Shown here: in pieces, positions 40,729-50,986 of the stretch
Layout: the number at the start of each line of letters is the position of its first letter
Position numbering within the stretch: position 1 is the stretch's first letter
DNA from: Dehalococcoidia bacterium
GTDB taxonomy: Bacteria > Chloroflexota > Dehalococcoidia > Bin125
Reading direction: 5' to 3'
Length of the DNA: 64,000 nucleotides
Assembly (NCBI GenBank): GCA_965217625.1
Contig: OZ244557.1
Coordinates: forward strand, 1,601,422 to 1,665,421
Position numbers and translations under genes: made by a program
The notes under the pieces: model-generated
Seen by the model: the letters and a program-made list of their open reading frames with translations, nothing else
Told to the model about the DNA's origin: nothing
Database searches by the model: none

Positions 40729-42081
40729 TCAGGGCAGGATCAGCTGCGACGGCCGCTCGAGGATGCCCTTCACGTCGCGCAGGAACTCCGCCGCCGGCGC
40801 CCCGTCGACGACGCGGTGGTCGATGGTGAGGCTGAGCGTCATGAACGAGCGCCGCTCCACGTCGTTGCTCTCGCCACGGAAGACGGGCCGCTCGCTGATC
40901 CGCCCCACGCCCAGGATCGCGGCCTGGGGCGGGTTGATGATCGGCGTGAAGACGTCGATGCCGTACATCCCCAGCGACGTCACCGTGAACGTGCCGCCCG
41001 TGAGGTCGTCGGGGCCCAGGCGGCGCTCGCGGGCCCGCAGCGCGAGGTCGGCGCTGATCGGCGCGAGTTCGTCGAGCGGCAGGGCGTCGGTGTCGCGGGT
41101 GACCGGGACGATGAGCCCCTCGTCGAGCGCGACCGCGAACCCGACGTGGATCTGCGGATGCAGCACGATCACGTCGTCGCGGAGTTCGGCGTTGAGGCGC
41201 GGATGCCCGCGCAGGGCCAGGGCGGCGGCCTTGATCACGAAGTCGGTGTAGGTGGGACGCAGCCCGCGGTCGGCCCAGAGGTCGAGCAGCTCGCGGCGCA
41301 GGGCCACCGCGCGCGTCATGTCGACGTCCGTCGCCATGGTCAGTTGCGCCATCTCCTGCAGCGAGGCGTGCATGCGGCCGCCGATGGTGCGTCGCATGCC
41401 GCGGTAGGGGAACGTCTCGGCGTCGGCCGGGGCCGCCGCCGCCGCCGCCAGCGCCGCCTCGACGTCCTCGACCACGATGCGCCCGCCGGGGCCGCTGCCG
41501 GTCACGGTCGCGAGGTCCAGGTCGTGCTCGCGGGCCAGCCGCTTGGCGGCGGGGGAGGCCTTCACGGGGCCCGCCGGCGCCGGGGGCGCTGCCGGCGCTG
41601 CCGCCGCCGCCTCGACGTCCGTCCGCAGGATGCGGCCGCCGACGCCGCTGCCGCGGATCGTCGCCAGGTCCAGGCCGTGCGAGGCGGCCAGCCGCTTGAC
41701 GGCGGGGGAGGCGCGTCCGGGCTCGCTGGGGGCGTCACCGGCTGCGCCGCCATCGGGAGCGGGGGCGGCGGCGGGCGCGGGGGCGCTCGCTGCGGCGGCG
41801 GGGGCTGGGGCAGTCGCCGGGGCGGCCACGGGGGCCGGCTCTTCGCCGGCGGCGAGGATCTGCGCGACGACGGCCCCGGCGTCCACGGTCTCGGTGGCGG
41901 CGACGAGGACGTGCAGCGTGCCCTCCGCCTCGGCCTGGACCTCGTAGTTGACCTTCTCCGTCTCGAAGGCGAAGAGCAGGTCGCCCGTCTGCACGGCGTC
42001 GCCCGATTGCTGGTACCACTCGGTGATCGTGCCCTCGACCATGGTCATGCCGAGCTTGGGAAGGATGACTGAGGTGGGCAT
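40729..42081 (-). CDS. acoC: Dihydrolipoamide acyltransferase E2 with two subunit-binding domains
   Basis: Lipoyl domain ETEKV, two ASPAxKRLA...GSGxGGRI repeats, catalytic DHRVVDGA. Confidence 0.9.
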   Translation of the reverse strand: MPTSVILPKLGMTMVEGTITEWYQQSGDAVQTGDLLFAFETEKVNYEVQAEAEGTLHVLVAATETVDAGAVVAQILAAGEEPAPVAAPATAPAPAAAASAPAPAAAPAPDGGAAGDAPSEPGRASPAVKRLAASHGLDLATIRGSGVGGRILRTDVEAAAAAPAAPPAPAGPVKASPAAKRLAREHDLDLATVTGSGPGGRIVVEDVEAALAAAAAAPADAETFPYRGMRRTIGGRMHASLQEMAQLTMATDVDMTRAVALRRELLDLWADRGLRPTYTDFVIKAAALALRGHPRLNAELRDDVIVLHPQIHVGFAVALDEGLIVPVTRDTDALPLDELAPISADLALRARERRLGPDDLTGGTFTVTSLGMYGIDVFTPIINPPQAAILGVGRISERPVFRGESNDVERRSFMTLSLTIDHRVVDGAPAAEFLRDVKGILERPSQLILP

Positions 42082-42085
42082 GGCG

Positions 42086-43066
42086 CTACTCCACGAAGAA
42101 TCCGGCCTCCCGCGCGGCGCGGAGGCAGGCGTCGATATCGACGACGGGCGGCCCCGCGCGGGTGAGCCGCAGTTGCGCGGTCTGTCCGTCGGCCAGGAAC
42201 ACCTCGCGCTCGCCGTCGAAGGCGAGCAGCGCGGGCCCGGTCAGGGGGACGATAGCAGCGATATCGAGTTGCCGGACCGCGTCGATCGGGACGGCGCGCA
42301 GCAGGCCCGGGGCGAGCGCCACGCGGACCGTGCCCGCGCCGCCGTCCCCGCCGATGCGGAGGTGCAGGCCGGCGTCGTCGCTCGGGCCGATCGACGTGAT
42401 CGACCCACCGATCGCGGCCAGGCCGACGGCCGCCGGATCGGCGCGGGTGAGGATGATCTCGCGCAGCGTGGCCGGGTCCCAGATCGCGCGGCTGCCCACG
42501 ATCGAGCCCGCCAGCACCGCCACGTCGATCAGCGCGACCTCCTGCCCGCCCGGCAGGCCGACCTCGATCAGCTTGCTGCGCGGCGCGACGGCGTCCGCAT
42601 CGACCCGGCCGGTCGCGATCGCGGCCGCGGCGAGCCCCGCGACGGTGCTCTCGCGCGCGCTGGGGAAGACGTTGTTCGTGCCCGTGGAGAGCGGGATGAG
42701 CGGGACGGCCGTCGTGCCCAGGGCGATGGCGCGGTTCGTGCCGTCGCCGCCCAGGCTGACGAGGCAGGCGGCCCCCTCCTCGGCCATGCGCCGTGCGGCG
42801 AGGGTGGTGTCCGATGCGACGCCCCGGAACGCGCCGCAGAGCGGCTCGAGCCGCAGCCGCAGTCCCTGGTCGCGGGCCGCGCGGGGCACCAGGTGCGACG
42901 TGTCGGGCATGTAGGGGACGCGCTCGACGCCGGCCGCGTCGAGCGCCCGCAGCAGCCGCCGGACGATGCGCACCTTCTCGTTGGTGCTGATGACCGAGGC
43001 GTGCGCGACCAGGCGCCGGATGTCGCGGCCGGCGGCGGGGTTCGCGATCAGGCCGACGCTGCCCAC
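42086..43066 (-). CDS. acoX: AcoX-like / NAD kinase-fold protein
   Basis: GLIANPAAGRDIRRLVA, LGGDGTNR, STGTNNVFP, DGERE. Confidence 0.85.
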   Translation of the reverse strand: MGSVGLIANPAAGRDIRRLVAHASVISTNEKVRIVRRLLRALDAAGVERVPYMPDTSHLVPRAARDQGLRLRLEPLCGAFRGVASDTTLAARRMAEEGAACLVSLGGDGTNRAIALGTTAVPLIPLSTGTNNVFPSARESTVAGLAAAAIATGRVDADAVAPRSKLIEVGLPGGQEVALIDVAVLAGSIVGSRAIWDPATLREIILTRADPAAVGLAAIGGSITSIGPSDDAGLHLRIGGDGGAGTVRVALAPGLLRAVPIDAVRQLDIAAIVPLTGPALLAFDGEREVFLADGQTAQLRLTRAGPPVVDIDACLRAAREAGFFVE

Positions 43067-43082
43067 GCGGCCGGCGACCCCG

Positions 43083-44060
43083 CTAGACGCGGGCAGGGAG
43101 GATCTCGTCAACGGCCGCGACGATGTCCTCCGCGCCGGGCAGCCAGACCTTCTCCAGGGCAGGGCTGAACGGGACCGGGCTGAACGGCGCGCCCACACGC
43201 TTGACGGGCGCGTCGAGGTAGTCGAAGGCCTGCTCCTGGATCGCGGCGGCGATCTCCGCGCCGAAGCCGCAGAACTGGACGCCCTCCTGCGCGACGACGG
43301 CCCGGCTCGTCTTCTGCACCGAGGCGATGATCGTATCCATGTCGAGCGGCGAGAGGGTGCGGGGATCGACGACCTCCACGCTGACGCCGCGCTCGGCCAG
43401 TTGGTCGGCGGCGCGCTGCGCCTGCGAAACCATGTGGCCCGTGGCGACGACCGTGACGTCGCTGCCCTCGCGCTTGACCTCGGCCACTCCCAGGGGGATG
43501 GCGTAGGGCTCGTCGGGGACTTCGTCCCGTAGGGCCAAGTTGCGCTTGATCACGATGAAGATCACGGGGTTGTCGTCGCGGATCGCGCTGATCAGGAGGC
43601 CCTTGGTGTCGTAGGCGCTCGACGGCATGACGACCTTGAGGCCGGGGATGTGGCAGAACCACGCCTCCAGGCTCTGGCTGTGCTGGGCGGCCATGCTGAA
43701 GCCCGCCCCGGCGGCGGTCGTGACGACGATGGGCAGCGTGGCCTTGCCGCCGAACATGTACTTCATCTTGGCCATCTGATTGACGATCTCGTCCATGCAG
43801 ACGCCCACGAAGTCCATGAACATGATCTCGATCACGGGGCGCAGGCCGGCCGCCGCCGCCCCCACCGCGAGCCCCGCGATGGCCGACTCGGAGATGGGCG
43901 TGTCGATGACGCGGTCGCCGTAGGACTTCTTCAGCCCCTGCGAGGTGCCGAAGGCGCCGCCCACGCTGAGATCCTCGCCGGCGAAGAAGATGTCGGGGTC
44001 GCGGGTCATCTCCTGGCTCAGCGCCTCGGGGACGGCCTGCGTGACGGATTTGATAGGCAT
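43083..44060 (-). CDS. acoB: TPP-dependent dehydrogenase E1 beta subunit (acetoin type)
   Basis: DTPISE, EIMFMDF, AAQHSQSLE. TGATG overlap with the alpha gene. Confidence 0.9.
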   Translation of the reverse strand: MPIKSVTQAVPEALSQEMTRDPDIFFAGEDLSVGGAFGTSQGLKKSYGDRVIDTPISESAIAGLAVGAAAAGLRPVIEIMFMDFVGVCMDEIVNQMAKMKYMFGGKATLPIVVTTAAGAGFSMAAQHSQSLEAWFCHIPGLKVVMPSSAYDTKGLLISAIRDDNPVIFIVIKRNLALRDEVPDEPYAIPLGVAEVKREGSDVTVVATGHMVSQAQRAADQLAERGVSVEVVDPRTLSPLDMDTIIASVQKTSRAVVAQEGVQFCGFGAEIAAAIQEQAFDYLDAPVKRVGAPFSPVPFSPALEKVWLPGAEDIVAAVDEILPARV

Positions 44061-45049
44061 CAGGCGTACGCTCCTTCCGCAGTTGGCTTGGTGTAGACAT
44101 CGTCGAGGAGGAAGGCGGGATCCGCGTGTGGGCTCGCTTCGGCGAAGTCCACGGCCTCCTCGATCCGCGCGCGCGTCTCCGACGTGATGCGGTCGATATC
44201 GGCCTGCGTGAGCACGCCCATCTCCACGAGCCGGCGGGGGAACTGCTCGAGCGGGTCGCGCGCCTTCCACGAGGCGACCTCGTCCGGGTCGCGGACCAGC
44301 TTGCCGAAGTCCACGCCGACGTGGTCGTAGTAGCGATAGGTCTTGCATTCGAGCAGCGTGGGGCCCTCGCCGCGGCGCGCGCGGGCGATGGCCTCGCCGG
44401 CCGCTTCGTAGACCGCGAAGGCGTCCATGCCGTCGACGGTCACGCCGGGCATGTCGTACGAGGCGGCGCGGTCGGCGATGTCGTCGATCGGTTGGTGGTC
44501 GGCCTGCCGGGTCCACTCGCCGTAGAGGTTGTTCTCGCAGACCAGGACGAGCGGCAGCCGGAAGAGCCCGGCCATGTTGGCCGCCTCGTGGAAGGTGCCC
44601 TCATTCGAGGCCCCGTCGCCGAAGAAGCAGACGGCGACGTTGCCGTCCTGGCGGTAGTGGCAGGCGAAGGCGGCGCCCAGCGCGATGGGCGGGCCGGCGC
44701 CGACGATGCCGTTGGCCCCCAGCATGCCCAGGTCGAGGTCGGCGATATGCATCGAGCCGCCCTTGCCCTTGCAGTAGCCGGTCGACCGGCCGAACAGTTC
44801 GGCGTACATGAACTTGGGGTCGCCCCCCTTGGCGAGCAAGTGTCCATGGCCGCGGTGCGTGGAGGTGATGAAGTCGTCGTTCGTGAGGTGGGTGCAGAGG
44901 CCCACCGCCACGGCCTCCTCGCCGCAGTAGAGATGGACCGCACCCTTCGTGCGGTTCTCCTGCATCAGCCGCCCGCAGCGCTCGTCGAACTCGCGGAGCA
45001 GGACCATGCGTTCGTACATCTGGCGGAGCGTGTCGGGGGCGATGTCCAT
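44060..45049 (-). CDS. acoA: TPP-dependent dehydrogenase E1 alpha subunit (acetoin type)
   Basis: HLYCGEEA, STHRGHGH, GKGGSMH, GDGASNEG...ENN. Confidence 0.9.
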   Translation of the reverse strand: MDIAPDTLRQMYERMVLLREFDERCGRLMQENRTKGAVHLYCGEEAVAVGLCTHLTNDDFITSTHRGHGHLLAKGGDPKFMYAELFGRSTGYCKGKGGSMHIADLDLGMLGANGIVGAGPPIALGAAFACHYRQDGNVAVCFFGDGASNEGTFHEAANMAGLFRLPLVLVCENNLYGEWTRQADHQPIDDIADRAASYDMPGVTVDGMDAFAVYEAAGEAIARARRGEGPTLLECKTYRYYDHVGVDFGKLVRDPDEVASWKARDPLEQFPRRLVEMGVLTQADIDRITSETRARIEEAVDFAEASPHADPAFLLDDVYTKPTAEGAYA

Positions 45050-45186
45050 GCTGTCTTTCCCAATCGGCGTCTGCCGAGAATCGGCGCCTCTGCGGCGCCT
45101 GGGGGTGGGCCATCGAAGGCTAGGCCGCGAGGCGGGCGGGCGTCAACGGGAAGCGTGGCCCGGCGAGCCCGCTGCCGGTCCCGACG

Positions 45187-46224
45187 CTACGGCAGCCCCA
45201 GCAGCACCTCCTCGGCGAACAGCCGCATCGACGCCAGGACGCGGTCGTGCGGGATGCGCCCGCCGAAGCTGAACCAGCCCATGATGTGCCCGCAGCGATA
45301 GCGCGCATGCAGATCGGTCAGGCGGCGCAGCACCGTCTCCGGCGTGCCGACCACCGTGTCCGTGGCGACGGCCTCCTCGAACGTCATCGAGGCGAAGCGG
45401 TCGATGCGGGCCGCGATCGGCGATCCCCCCGGCGGTCCCTCCGGCGAGTCCGCGCGGGCGAGGCGGGCCACCTCGTGGTAATAGCTCAGGTGCGACGCTT
45501 CGGCGTCGCGGCGCGCCAGCGCCTCGGTCTCCGCGACGTGGATCGGAACCAGCAGCGCGATGTCGCGTTCGGGTGCGTCGGGCAGGGCCGAGCGGTAGCG
45601 GCGGCTGCGCGCCTCGATCTGCTCCGGCGTGGCGGTGACGGTCGCCATCATCACGGGGATCTGCAGCGCGATGGCGGTCTCCACCGACTCATCGCTGTTC
45701 GCGGCCATGAGCAGCGGCGGGTGGGGCTGCTGCAGCGGCTTCGGCACGACGCTGACGCCGTCGTAGTGGAAGTGCCGCCCCCGGAAGCGCAGCGGCTCCG
45801 GTCCCCAGGCGCGCCGCATCACCTCCAGCGCCTCGGCGAAGCGGCTGCCCCGCTCCGCGACGTCGACACCGAAGCCGGCGTGGTGCTGTTGGCCGTGTCC
45901 CCGGCCGATGCCCAGCCGCAGCCGGCCCCCCGACAGGTGATCGAGCATCGCCGTCTCCTCGGCGAGGCGCAGGGGATTGTGCAGCGGCAGCAGCACGACG
46001 GCCGTGCCCAGGCCGATGCGCTGCGTGCGCTGCGACGCGGCGGCGGCGACCAGGAACGGCGAGGGCATGACGCCTCGCGTGGACTCGAAGTGCAGTTCCG
46101 CCAGCCAGGCCACGGAGAAGCCGAGCGTGTCGCCCAGCTCGATCTGGCGCAGCGTGTCCTCATAGCGGTCGCCGGGGCGCTGGTCGGGCCAGGCGGGCAG
46201 CTGGAAGAAGAGGCCGATCTCCAT
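45187..46224 (-). CDS. LLM-class flavin-dependent oxidoreductase (luciferase-like)
   Basis: WLAELHF, HNPLRLAEE, LDHLSGGRLRLGIGRG, PKPLQQPHPP. Confidence 0.9.
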   Translation of the reverse strand: MEIGLFFQLPAWPDQRPGDRYEDTLRQIELGDTLGFSVAWLAELHFESTRGVMPSPFLVAAAASQRTQRIGLGTAVVLLPLHNPLRLAEETAMLDHLSGGRLRLGIGRGHGQQHHAGFGVDVAERGSRFAEALEVMRRAWGPEPLRFRGRHFHYDGVSVVPKPLQQPHPPLLMAANSDESVETAIALQIPVMMATVTATPEQIEARSRRYRSALPDAPERDIALLVPIHVAETEALARRDAEASHLSYYHEVARLARADSPEGPPGGSPIAARIDRFASMTFEEAVATDTVVGTPETVLRRLTDLHARYRCGHIMGWFSFGGRIPHDRVLASMRLFAEEVLLGLP

Positions 46225-46286
46225 GCGCCGGAGTCTAGACTGCCGTCCGCGCCGCCCGCGCGCCCGGCCCGCGGGCGCCCGCCCGC

Positions 46287-47561
46287 CTACTTCAGCCCCG
46301 GTCCCGCCCCCGCGCCCGGCGTCCGCTGCGCTTCGACCTCGGCGATCGCGGCGTCGTCGAAGCCGAGGGCGCGCATGATCTCCGCGGTGTGCTCCCCCTG
46401 CTCGGCGAAGAGCGCTTTCGGCGACCCGGGCGTCTCGCTCAGCTGCACGGGGTTGCCGACCAGCTTGCGACGCCCCACGTGGGGGATCTCCTTCTCCACG
46501 ATGTAGCCGTTGGCCCGCGCCTGCTCGTCCGCCAGGACGTCCGCGTAATCGAAGACGCGCTGCGCGATGATCCCGTCGGGGTGGATCTCGAAGAAGTCCG
46601 CCCATTCGTCCGTGCGGCGGCGGCGCATGACCGCGGCGATCGCAGGTCGCAGCCGCAGGCGGATATCGTCGAGCTCCTCTTCGCTCGCATGCGGCAGGCC
46701 ATCCGCCGGATTGCGCTTCCGGGCGGTGTCCCAGCGCGGATCGTCGGCCAACTCCGGAGTGCGGCCGAACTCGCAAAAGGCCCGCCAGCTCTCGTCATCA
46801 CGGATCCCGAGGCAGAAGGCGCCGCCGTCGGCGGTCTCATAGATGCCCGTCATCTGGGGAGAGCCGGCGTGGTAGGCGCCCTCGCGCCGCAGCACGTGCC
46901 CCGTCACCGATGAGTGATTGATCTCCCAGCTCTGCATCCAGAGCAGCGCCCCGTAGGCGGACGTCGATACCTTCTGACCGGCGCCGGTCCGCTCCCGCGC
47001 GAGCAAGGCCGTGACGATGCCGAGGGCGAGCGCCATGGCGCCGCCGGTATCCCCGACGATCGCGCCGGGGATCAGGGGGGCGTCGCCGGGATGGCCGGTC
47101 ACGCTCGAGATGCCGCTGCGCGCCTGGGCGAACGAGTCGCTCATGCGGTTCTGGCGCGCCGGTCCGAGTTGCCCGAAGCCATTGGCGACGGCGTAGATCA
47201 GCCGCGGATGTCGTTCGTGCAGCGCTTCATACCCCACCCCCATGCGCTCGAGCGCCGGCTCGCGAAAGTTGCTGAGAAACACGTCGGCGCCGGCGATCAA
47301 GCGATCGACCACCTCGCGTCCGACCGCGGTGTGGATGTCCAGCGAGATCGACCGCTTGCCGGCGTTCACGCCGAGGAACTGGGTGCCGACGGCGGCCTCG
47401 GGCAGGCGATTCCCCACGCTGCGGTACCAACGGTTCGACTCGCCGCCCGGCGGCTCCACCTTGATCACGTCGGCGCCCAGGCCGGCCAGGAGCCCGCCCG
47501 CCGCCGGCCCCTGCACGGCCACCGACAGCTCCACCACGCGAATCCCCTCGAACGGCTCCAT
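46287..47561 (-). CDS. CaiB/BaiF family III CoA-transferase
   Basis: LGADVIKVEPPGGE, NAGKRS, catalytic Asp in IVGDTGG. Confidence 0.92.
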   Translation of the reverse strand: MEPFEGIRVVELSVAVQGPAAGGLLAGLGADVIKVEPPGGESNRWYRSVGNRLPEAAVGTQFLGVNAGKRSISLDIHTAVGREVVDRLIAGADVFLSNFREPALERMGVGYEALHERHPRLIYAVANGFGQLGPARQNRMSDSFAQARSGISSVTGHPGDAPLIPGAIVGDTGGAMALALGIVTALLARERTGAGQKVSTSAYGALLWMQSWEINHSSVTGHVLRREGAYHAGSPQMTGIYETADGGAFCLGIRDDESWRAFCEFGRTPELADDPRWDTARKRNPADGLPHASEEELDDIRLRLRPAIAAVMRRRRTDEWADFFEIHPDGIIAQRVFDYADVLADEQARANGYIVEKEIPHVGRRKLVGNPVQLSETPGSPKALFAEQGEHTAEIMRALGFDDAAIAEVEAQRTPGAGAGPGLK

Positions 47562-47646
47562 CGGCTCCCGCTCCAAACGCCCCTCCAAACGAAAGTTAGG
47601 TGAACGAACGCGCCCTCAGGTGGGGGTGGAGACCACAGCGCCCGCG

Positions 47647-49227
47647 CTACGGACGCACGCCCGCCTTCCACACGATGCCGAGCTGGCTCGAGAGGCTCTC
47701 GTAGGCGAGCTCCAGGAAGCGATGGATGTAGGAGCGCGTCTGGCGCGGGTCGATGAGGTCCTCGATGCCGAAGGCCTCCGCGGTGCGGAAGGGGTCCCGG
47801 AACTGGCGCAGGAACGCCTCGATCTCGGCTCGCCGCTTGTCCGGGTCCGGCGCGTTGGCGATGTCCCGCTTGAAGGCGGCGTCGACGCCGCCCTCGATGG
47901 GGATCGATCCCCAGTCCCCGGAGGGCCAGCCGACGCGGTAGTTGAGCGCGCTGGGGTTGGCCGTGGCCTGCCCGGCCATGCCGTAGTTCTTGCGCGTGAT
48001 CACCGTGAAGATCGGCACCTTGGCCATCTGCATGGCCCAGAAGGCGCGCATCCCGTGCCGCAGCGTGCCCGTGCGCTCGGCCTGGACGCCCAGCATGAAG
48101 CCGGGCACGTCGGCCAGGAAGACGACGGGCATGTGGAAGTGGTCGCACAACTCGATGAAGTGGCCCTGCTTGTCGGCCGACGCGGCGGTCATCGCCCCGG
48201 CCAGCATGCGCGGGTTGTTGGCCACGATGCCCACCGGGTAGCCGCCCACCCGGGCGAGCATGGTGTGCACGGTGACCCCGTGCTCCGGCTTGATCTCGAA
48301 GTAGTCGCCGTCGTCGACGAGCAGCTCCACGACGCGCCGCATGTTGTAGGGGCGCGTGCGCTCGCGCGGCACGATCGAGAGCAGTTCCTGCTCCTCGCGG
48401 TCGGGCGGGTCGCTGCTGGGCAGGACGGGGGGTTGCGAGTAGACGTTTTGGGGGAAGTAGGAGAGGAACTTCTTCATCAGGGCGATGGCGTCGTACTCGT
48501 CGGTCGCGCGATTGTCGACCGCGCCCGAGGTCTTGACGTGCACGTCGGTCCCGCCCAGATCCTCCTTCGTCACGTCCGTGCCCAGCGCGCGCTTCACCAG
48601 CGGCGGCCCGCCGGCGAACATCGACCCCTGCTCGGTCATGACCACGAAGTGCCCCACCATGGCCAGCGCGCCCACCGCGCCCGCCGACGCGCCGGACATG
48701 CTGTAGATGACGGGCACCTCGATGCCCGCGCGGATGTCGGGCCCGAAGGCGTCGAACGAACTCGGCAGGTGGGCGTGTCCCTCCATGCCCGCGGCCGCCA
48801 CGTTGGCCCCCGCGCCCTCGTGGAACAGGATCAGCGGGATGCGGTACTCCTTCGCCAGCTCGGCGATGAAGACGCTCTTGAACCGCTCCTGCTTAATGGA
48901 GTCCGCAGCGCCGCCGCCGACCGTGAAGTCGTGCCCGCCGACGGCGACGGGGCGGCCGTCGACCTTGACCAGCCCGCCGACGTAGGGCATCGGCTTGAAG
49001 TCCTGGAACTCACCGTCCTCGTAGATGCCGGCTCCCGCCAGGCCGCCGATCTCGTGGAAGCTGCCCGGGTCGGCGAGCGCGTCGATGCGCTCCCGGACGG
49101 TGAGCTTGCCCAGCGCGTGCTGGCGGTTGACGCGCTCCTCGCCGCCGAGCTTGAGCGCCAGGCGGCGTCGCAGATTGAGTTCATCGACTTCGGGCTGCCA
49201 GTCGGTTGGGCGTGGGGTGTTGGGCAT
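47647..49227 (-). CDS. Acyl-CoA carboxylase carboxyltransferase (beta) subunit, copy 1
   Basis: GKLTVRERI, HDFTVGGG, FAGGPPLV, LADVPGF, ITRKNYG. Confidence 0.92.
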   Translation of the reverse strand: MPNTPRPTDWQPEVDELNLRRRLALKLGGEERVNRQHALGKLTVRERIDALADPGSFHEIGGLAGAGIYEDGEFQDFKPMPYVGGLVKVDGRPVAVGGHDFTVGGGAADSIKQERFKSVFIAELAKEYRIPLILFHEGAGANVAAAGMEGHAHLPSSFDAFGPDIRAGIEVPVIYSMSGASAGAVGALAMVGHFVVMTEQGSMFAGGPPLVKRALGTDVTKEDLGGTDVHVKTSGAVDNRATDEYDAIALMKKFLSYFPQNVYSQPPVLPSSDPPDREEQELLSIVPRERTRPYNMRRVVELLVDDGDYFEIKPEHGVTVHTMLARVGGYPVGIVANNPRMLAGAMTAASADKQGHFIELCDHFHMPVVFLADVPGFMLGVQAERTGTLRHGMRAFWAMQMAKVPIFTVITRKNYGMAGQATANPSALNYRVGWPSGDWGSIPIEGGVDAAFKRDIANAPDPDKRRAEIEAFLRQFRDPFRTAEAFGIEDLIDPRQTRSYIHRFLELAYESLSSQLGIVWKAGVRP

Positions 49228-49308
49228 GTCGGCTCCATCCGTGAAGGGGGATGCCCAGGATAGCGCGCGCGCGAATCGCTCGCGTCCGCGCCGCCCCGCG
49301 CGCCCGGC

Positions 49309-50886
49309 CTACGGGCGCACGCCCCCCTTGCGCACGATGCCGAGCTGGCTCGACAGGCTCTCGTAGGAGAGTTCCAGGAAGCGATGGATGTAGGAGCGCG
49401 TCTGGCGGGGGTCGATGATGTCCTCGATGCCGAAGGCCTCCGCCGTGCGGAAGGGGTTGCGGAACTGCAGCAGGTGATCCTCGATCTCTTTGCGGCGCTT
49501 GTCGGGGTCGGGCGCGGCGGCGATCTCGCGCTTGTAGGCCGCCGCGACGCCGCCCTCAATGGGGATCGATCCCCAGTCGCCGGAGGGCCAGCCGACGCGG
49601 TAGTTGAGTGCGCCGGAGTTGGCCGTGGCCTGCCCCGCCATGCCGAAGTTCTTGCGCGTGATGATGGTGAAGACCGGCACCGAGGCCATGTACATCGCCC
49701 AGTAGGCGCGCATCCCGTGCCGCAGCGTGCCCGTGCGCTCGGCCTGGACGCCCAGCATGAAGCCGGGCACGTCGGCCAGGAACACGACCGGCATGTGGAA
49801 GTGGTCGCACAACTCGATGAAGTGGCCCTGCTTGCCGGCCGACGCGGCCGTCATCGCGCCGGCCAGCATGCGCGGGTTGTTGGCCACGATGCCCACCGGG
49901 TAGCCGCCCACCCGCGCGAGGATCGTGTGCACGGTGGTCGCGAATTCCGGCTGGATCTCGAAGTAGTCGCCGTCGTCGACGATCAGCTCCACCACGCGCC
50001 GCATGTTGTAGGGCCGCGTGCGCTCGCGCGGCACGATCGAGAGCAGCTCCTGCTCCTCCCGGTCGGGCGGGTCGTTGGTGGGCCAGACCGGGGGTTGCGC
50101 GTAGACGTTGTCGGGGAAGTAGGAGAGGAACTTCTTCATCTGCGCGATGGCGTCGTACTCGTCGCTCGCGCGATTGTCGACCGCGCCCGAGACCTTGACG
50201 TGCACGTCGGGCCCGCCCAGCTCGTCCTTCGTCACGTCGGCGCCCAGGGCGCGCTTGACCAGCGGCGGCCCGCCGGCGAAGAGCGACCCCTGCGGCGTCA
50301 TCACGACGAAGTGCCCCAGCATGGCGTGCGCGGCCACGCCGCCCGCCGCCGCGCCGCCGACGTCGTAGATCACGGGCACCTCGACCCCCGCGAGGATGTC
50401 GGGCCCGAAGACGTCGTAGGAACTCGGCAGGTGGCCGTGTCCGTCGCCCTCGGCGGCCACGTTGGCCCCGGCGCCCTCGTGGAACACCATCAGCGGGATG
50501 CGGTACTCCCGCGCCATGTCGGCCAGGAAGAGGTTCTTGAACCGCTCCTGCGTGCTGATGTCCGCCGCGCCGCCGGAGATCGTGAAGTCGTGCCCCCCGA
50601 CGACGACGCGGCGGCCGTCGACCTTGGCCAGCCCGCCGATGTAGGGCAGCGGCGTGAAGTCCTGGAACGCGCCGTCCTCGTAGATGCCGTACCCCGCCAG
50701 CCCGCCGATCTCGTGGAACGTGCCGGGGTCGGCGAGCGCGTCGATGCGCTCCCGGATGGTGAGCTTGCCCATCTCGTGCTGGCGGGTGACGCGCTCTTCC
50801 CCGCCGAGCTTGAGCGCCAGGCGGCGGCGCATGTTGAGTTCATCGACTTCGGGCTGCCAGTCGGTGGGACGGGGGGAGGTGGGCAT
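49309..50886 (-). CDS. Acyl-CoA carboxylase carboxyltransferase (beta) subunit, copy 2 (tandem paralog)
   Basis: Same motifs as copy 1; collinear with it and shares long identical DNA stretches. Confidence 0.92.
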   Translation of the reverse strand: MPTSPRPTDWQPEVDELNMRRRLALKLGGEERVTRQHEMGKLTIRERIDALADPGTFHEIGGLAGYGIYEDGAFQDFTPLPYIGGLAKVDGRRVVVGGHDFTISGGAADISTQERFKNLFLADMAREYRIPLMVFHEGAGANVAAEGDGHGHLPSSYDVFGPDILAGVEVPVIYDVGGAAAGGVAAHAMLGHFVVMTPQGSLFAGGPPLVKRALGADVTKDELGGPDVHVKVSGAVDNRASDEYDAIAQMKKFLSYFPDNVYAQPPVWPTNDPPDREEQELLSIVPRERTRPYNMRRVVELIVDDGDYFEIQPEFATTVHTILARVGGYPVGIVANNPRMLAGAMTAASAGKQGHFIELCDHFHMPVVFLADVPGFMLGVQAERTGTLRHGMRAYWAMYMASVPVFTIITRKNFGMAGQATANSGALNYRVGWPSGDWGSIPIEGGVAAAYKREIAAAPDPDKRRKEIEDHLLQFRNPFRTAEAFGIEDIIDPRQTRSYIHRFLELSYESLSSQLGIVRKGGVRP

Positions 50887-50986
50887 GTCGGCTCCGTTCT
50901 AGAAGAGGGATCGCCATGGTAGCGGGCGCGCGCGACTCGCTCGCGCCCGCGCCGGGACCGGGGGGGTCGCGCTGGCCCGCGAACGG

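Noticed and set aside
47571-47591. CTCCAAACG 9-bp direct repeat
   Set aside because: Short duplication of an SD-containing word; no independent support for a function.
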